From: Nitrospirota bacterium
GTDB lineage: Bacteria > Nitrospirota > UBA9217
DNA length: 64,000 bases
NCBI GenBank assembly: GCA_963751455.1
Contig: CAVVUN010000015.1
Coordinates: 416,001-480,000, forward strand
Reading direction: 5' to 3'
The notes under the pieces were generated by a model. It saw nothing but the letters and a program-made list of their open reading frames with translations. It made no database searches and was not told the DNA's origin. Shown piece after piece: positions 62,350 through 64,000 of the stretch. Each line of letters begins with the position of its first letter. Within the stretch, counting starts at the first letter, position 1. A program made the translations under genes and the position numbers.

Positions 62350-64000
62350 ATGAAGAAATTGATGTTTTTTTCTCTAATCCTGATTGCAGCTTCATCGTGC
62401 GCTTCAGCCCCGAAAATGCCGCAGGCGCACTCTGCCAGCGTAAGCCCTGAAGAGCGGAAGCAGGCGGATGCCTATTACCATTTCATGGTCGGCACCCTGC
62501 TGGAGCAGGACGGCGAATACGACGCAGCAATTGCGGAGTTTCAGTCCGCAAACCGGCTGGATCCCGAATCCTCCGAGGTCTCACTATCCCTCGCTTCCCT
62601 CTATCTTCGCAAGGGACAGGTTGAGCAGGCGACTGTTCTGGCAAAAAAGGCGGCAGAACTCTCTCCGAACAAAACGACAGCGCTCCTGCTGCTCGCGAAC
62701 ATCTCTGCCGGTAAAAAAAAATACGACGATGCAATTGAACTGTATCGGAAGATACTGGCAATCAACCCTGCGAAGGAAGAGACCTATATCTACCTGGGTT
62801 CACTGTACGCCGGCTTAAAACGCTATGAAGAAGCCGTTTCCATATTCAAAGAGCTGGAAAAGATCAACAGCACGTCGCTGATGGCCCCCTTCTACCTCGG
62901 CCGCATATATACGGAACGGCATATGTATCCCGAGGCTGTCGTTGAATTCAAGAAAGCGATCTCTCTGCGTGACGATTTTGCGCCTGCCTATACGAGCATG
63001 GCGTTTGTCTACGAACTTCAGGATATTGCCGAGGAAGCGATACAGTACTACAAGCAGGCGCTTGAGATTAATCCGCACGATACCGACATTATGACCCGCT
63101 TGGCCCAACTTTACATACAGCAAAACGCCCTCGATGACGCACTGGACCAGTTTACGAGGCTCCTCACGATGGACCCCGGCAATTATGAAGCCCGGGTCAA
63201 GATGGGTCTGATCTACATCGAGAAAAAACAGTTTGAACGGGCAATGGAGTCATTCAAGGTAGTGGTTCTGGCGCAGCCGAACGACCTGAAAGCACGAAAG
63301 TATCTCGCGTCTACGCTCGTTGCTCTCGATAAATATGATGATGCGCTCGAACAATACAACGCGATTCTTACGATGGCGCCGGACGATATGGATACGATCC
63401 TTCAAATTTCCTTTATCTATGCACAACAGAAAAGAACTGCGCATGCGATACCGCTTCTCGAAAAAGCGATCAACGAACAGCCCGGAAAGGCCGAACTCTA
63501 TTTATATCTCGCCAACGCCTTCATCGACATTGAAAATTACCGGCAAGCAGTTGCCGTTTTAAGCAAGGGAATACAGCTGGCTCCGGACCGTGACGAACTA
63601 CTGTTCAGCTTGGCCGTTGCTTATGAAAAACTGGGGCAGCGCGATGAGATGATTAATGCCCTCAAGAAAACGATACAACTCAGACCCGATAATGCGGATG
63701 CGCTTAACTATCTCGGCTACAGCTATGCAGAAAAGGGGGAAAACCTCGATGAGGCCATTCAACTGATAAAGCGGGCGCTGCTGATCAAAAAGGACAACGG
63801 CTATATTCTCGACAGCTTGGCATGGGCTTATTATCAGAAAGGAATGCTGAACGAGGCGCTCGATGTGATGACAAGGGCGGTCTCAAAATCGTCCGGTGAC
63901 GACCCGGTCATGAGGGAACATTACGGCGATATTTTTCTGAAACTTTCGCACAAGACAAAAGCCCGTGAACAATGGCTGAAGTCGCTTGAACTGGATCCGA
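62350..64000 (+). CDS. TPR-repeat lipoprotein, 3'-truncated by the window edge (not in the ORF track)
   Basis: MKKLMFFSLILIAASSC lipobox; consecutive TPRs; ADALNYLGYSYA, YILDSLAWAYY. Confidence 0.85.
   Translation, partial: MKKLMFFSLILIAASSCASAPKMPQAHSASVSPEERKQADAYYHFMVGTLLEQDGEYDAAIAEFQSANRLDPESSEVSLSLASLYLRKGQVEQATVLAKKAAELSPNKTTALLLLANISAGKKKYDDAIELYRKILAINPAKEETYIYLGSLYAGLKRYEEAVSIFKELEKINSTSLMAPFYLGRIYTERHMYPEAVVEFKKAISLRDDFAPAYTSMAFVYELQDIAEEAIQYYKQALEINPHDTDIMTRLAQLYIQQNALDDALDQFTRLLTMDPGNYEARVKMGLIYIEKKQFERAMESFKVVVLAQPNDLKARKYLASTLVALDKYDDALEQYNAILTMAPDDMDTILQISFIYAQQKRTAHAIPLLEKAINEQPGKAELYLYLANAFIDIENYRQAVAVLSKGIQLAPDRDELLFSLAVAYEKLGQRDEMINALKKTIQLRPDNADALNYLGYSYAEKGENLDEAIQLIKRALLIKKDNGYILDSLAWAYYQKGMLNEALDVMTRAVSKSSGDDPVMREHYGDIFLKLSHKTKAREQWLKSLELDP

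Noticed and set aside
1-64000. tRNA, rRNA, integrase or transposase genes
   Set aside because: None recognised by eye; tRNAscan-SE and HMM scans would be needed to exclude them formally

Overview
Bacterial chromosomal window, most likely from an anaerobic Nitrospirota or Desulfobacterota-like genome (inferred from gene content, not proven). Repeated single-base frameshifts, including in the essential gene ffh, point to an indel-prone assembly. Left end (1-6.0 kb): a defence/accessory island with the 3' end of a type I restriction subunit, an XRE regulator, a NYN-domain nuclease and an AbiEi/AbiEii toxin-antitoxin pair, bracketed by a decayed and a full-length rsmE. Next come a 3657-aa secreted subtilisin (S8) with a long repeat stalk, an ABC-2 exporter, arfB, uup, two glycosyltransferases, an RRM protein-rpsU pair, dusB and a cytochrome c'. 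A haem- and selenocysteine-containing triple rhodanese (in-frame TGA plus SECIS-like hairpin) precedes the ffh-rpsP-rimM-trmD-rplS-rnhB-yraN-rimO-rpsA block. A second defence island (45.6-55.3 kb) holds a DUF3800 gene with a convergent ~58-nt three-hairpin small RNA, a DUF3553 protein and a type I RM system with an embedded Abi-like gene. The right end has an ArsB/NhaD-DUF192 fusion, a binding protein-hybrid kinase pair and a TPR lipoprotein. Intergenic DNA carries several families of palindromic REP/MITE-like elements. All family calls come from motif recognition only; no searches were run.
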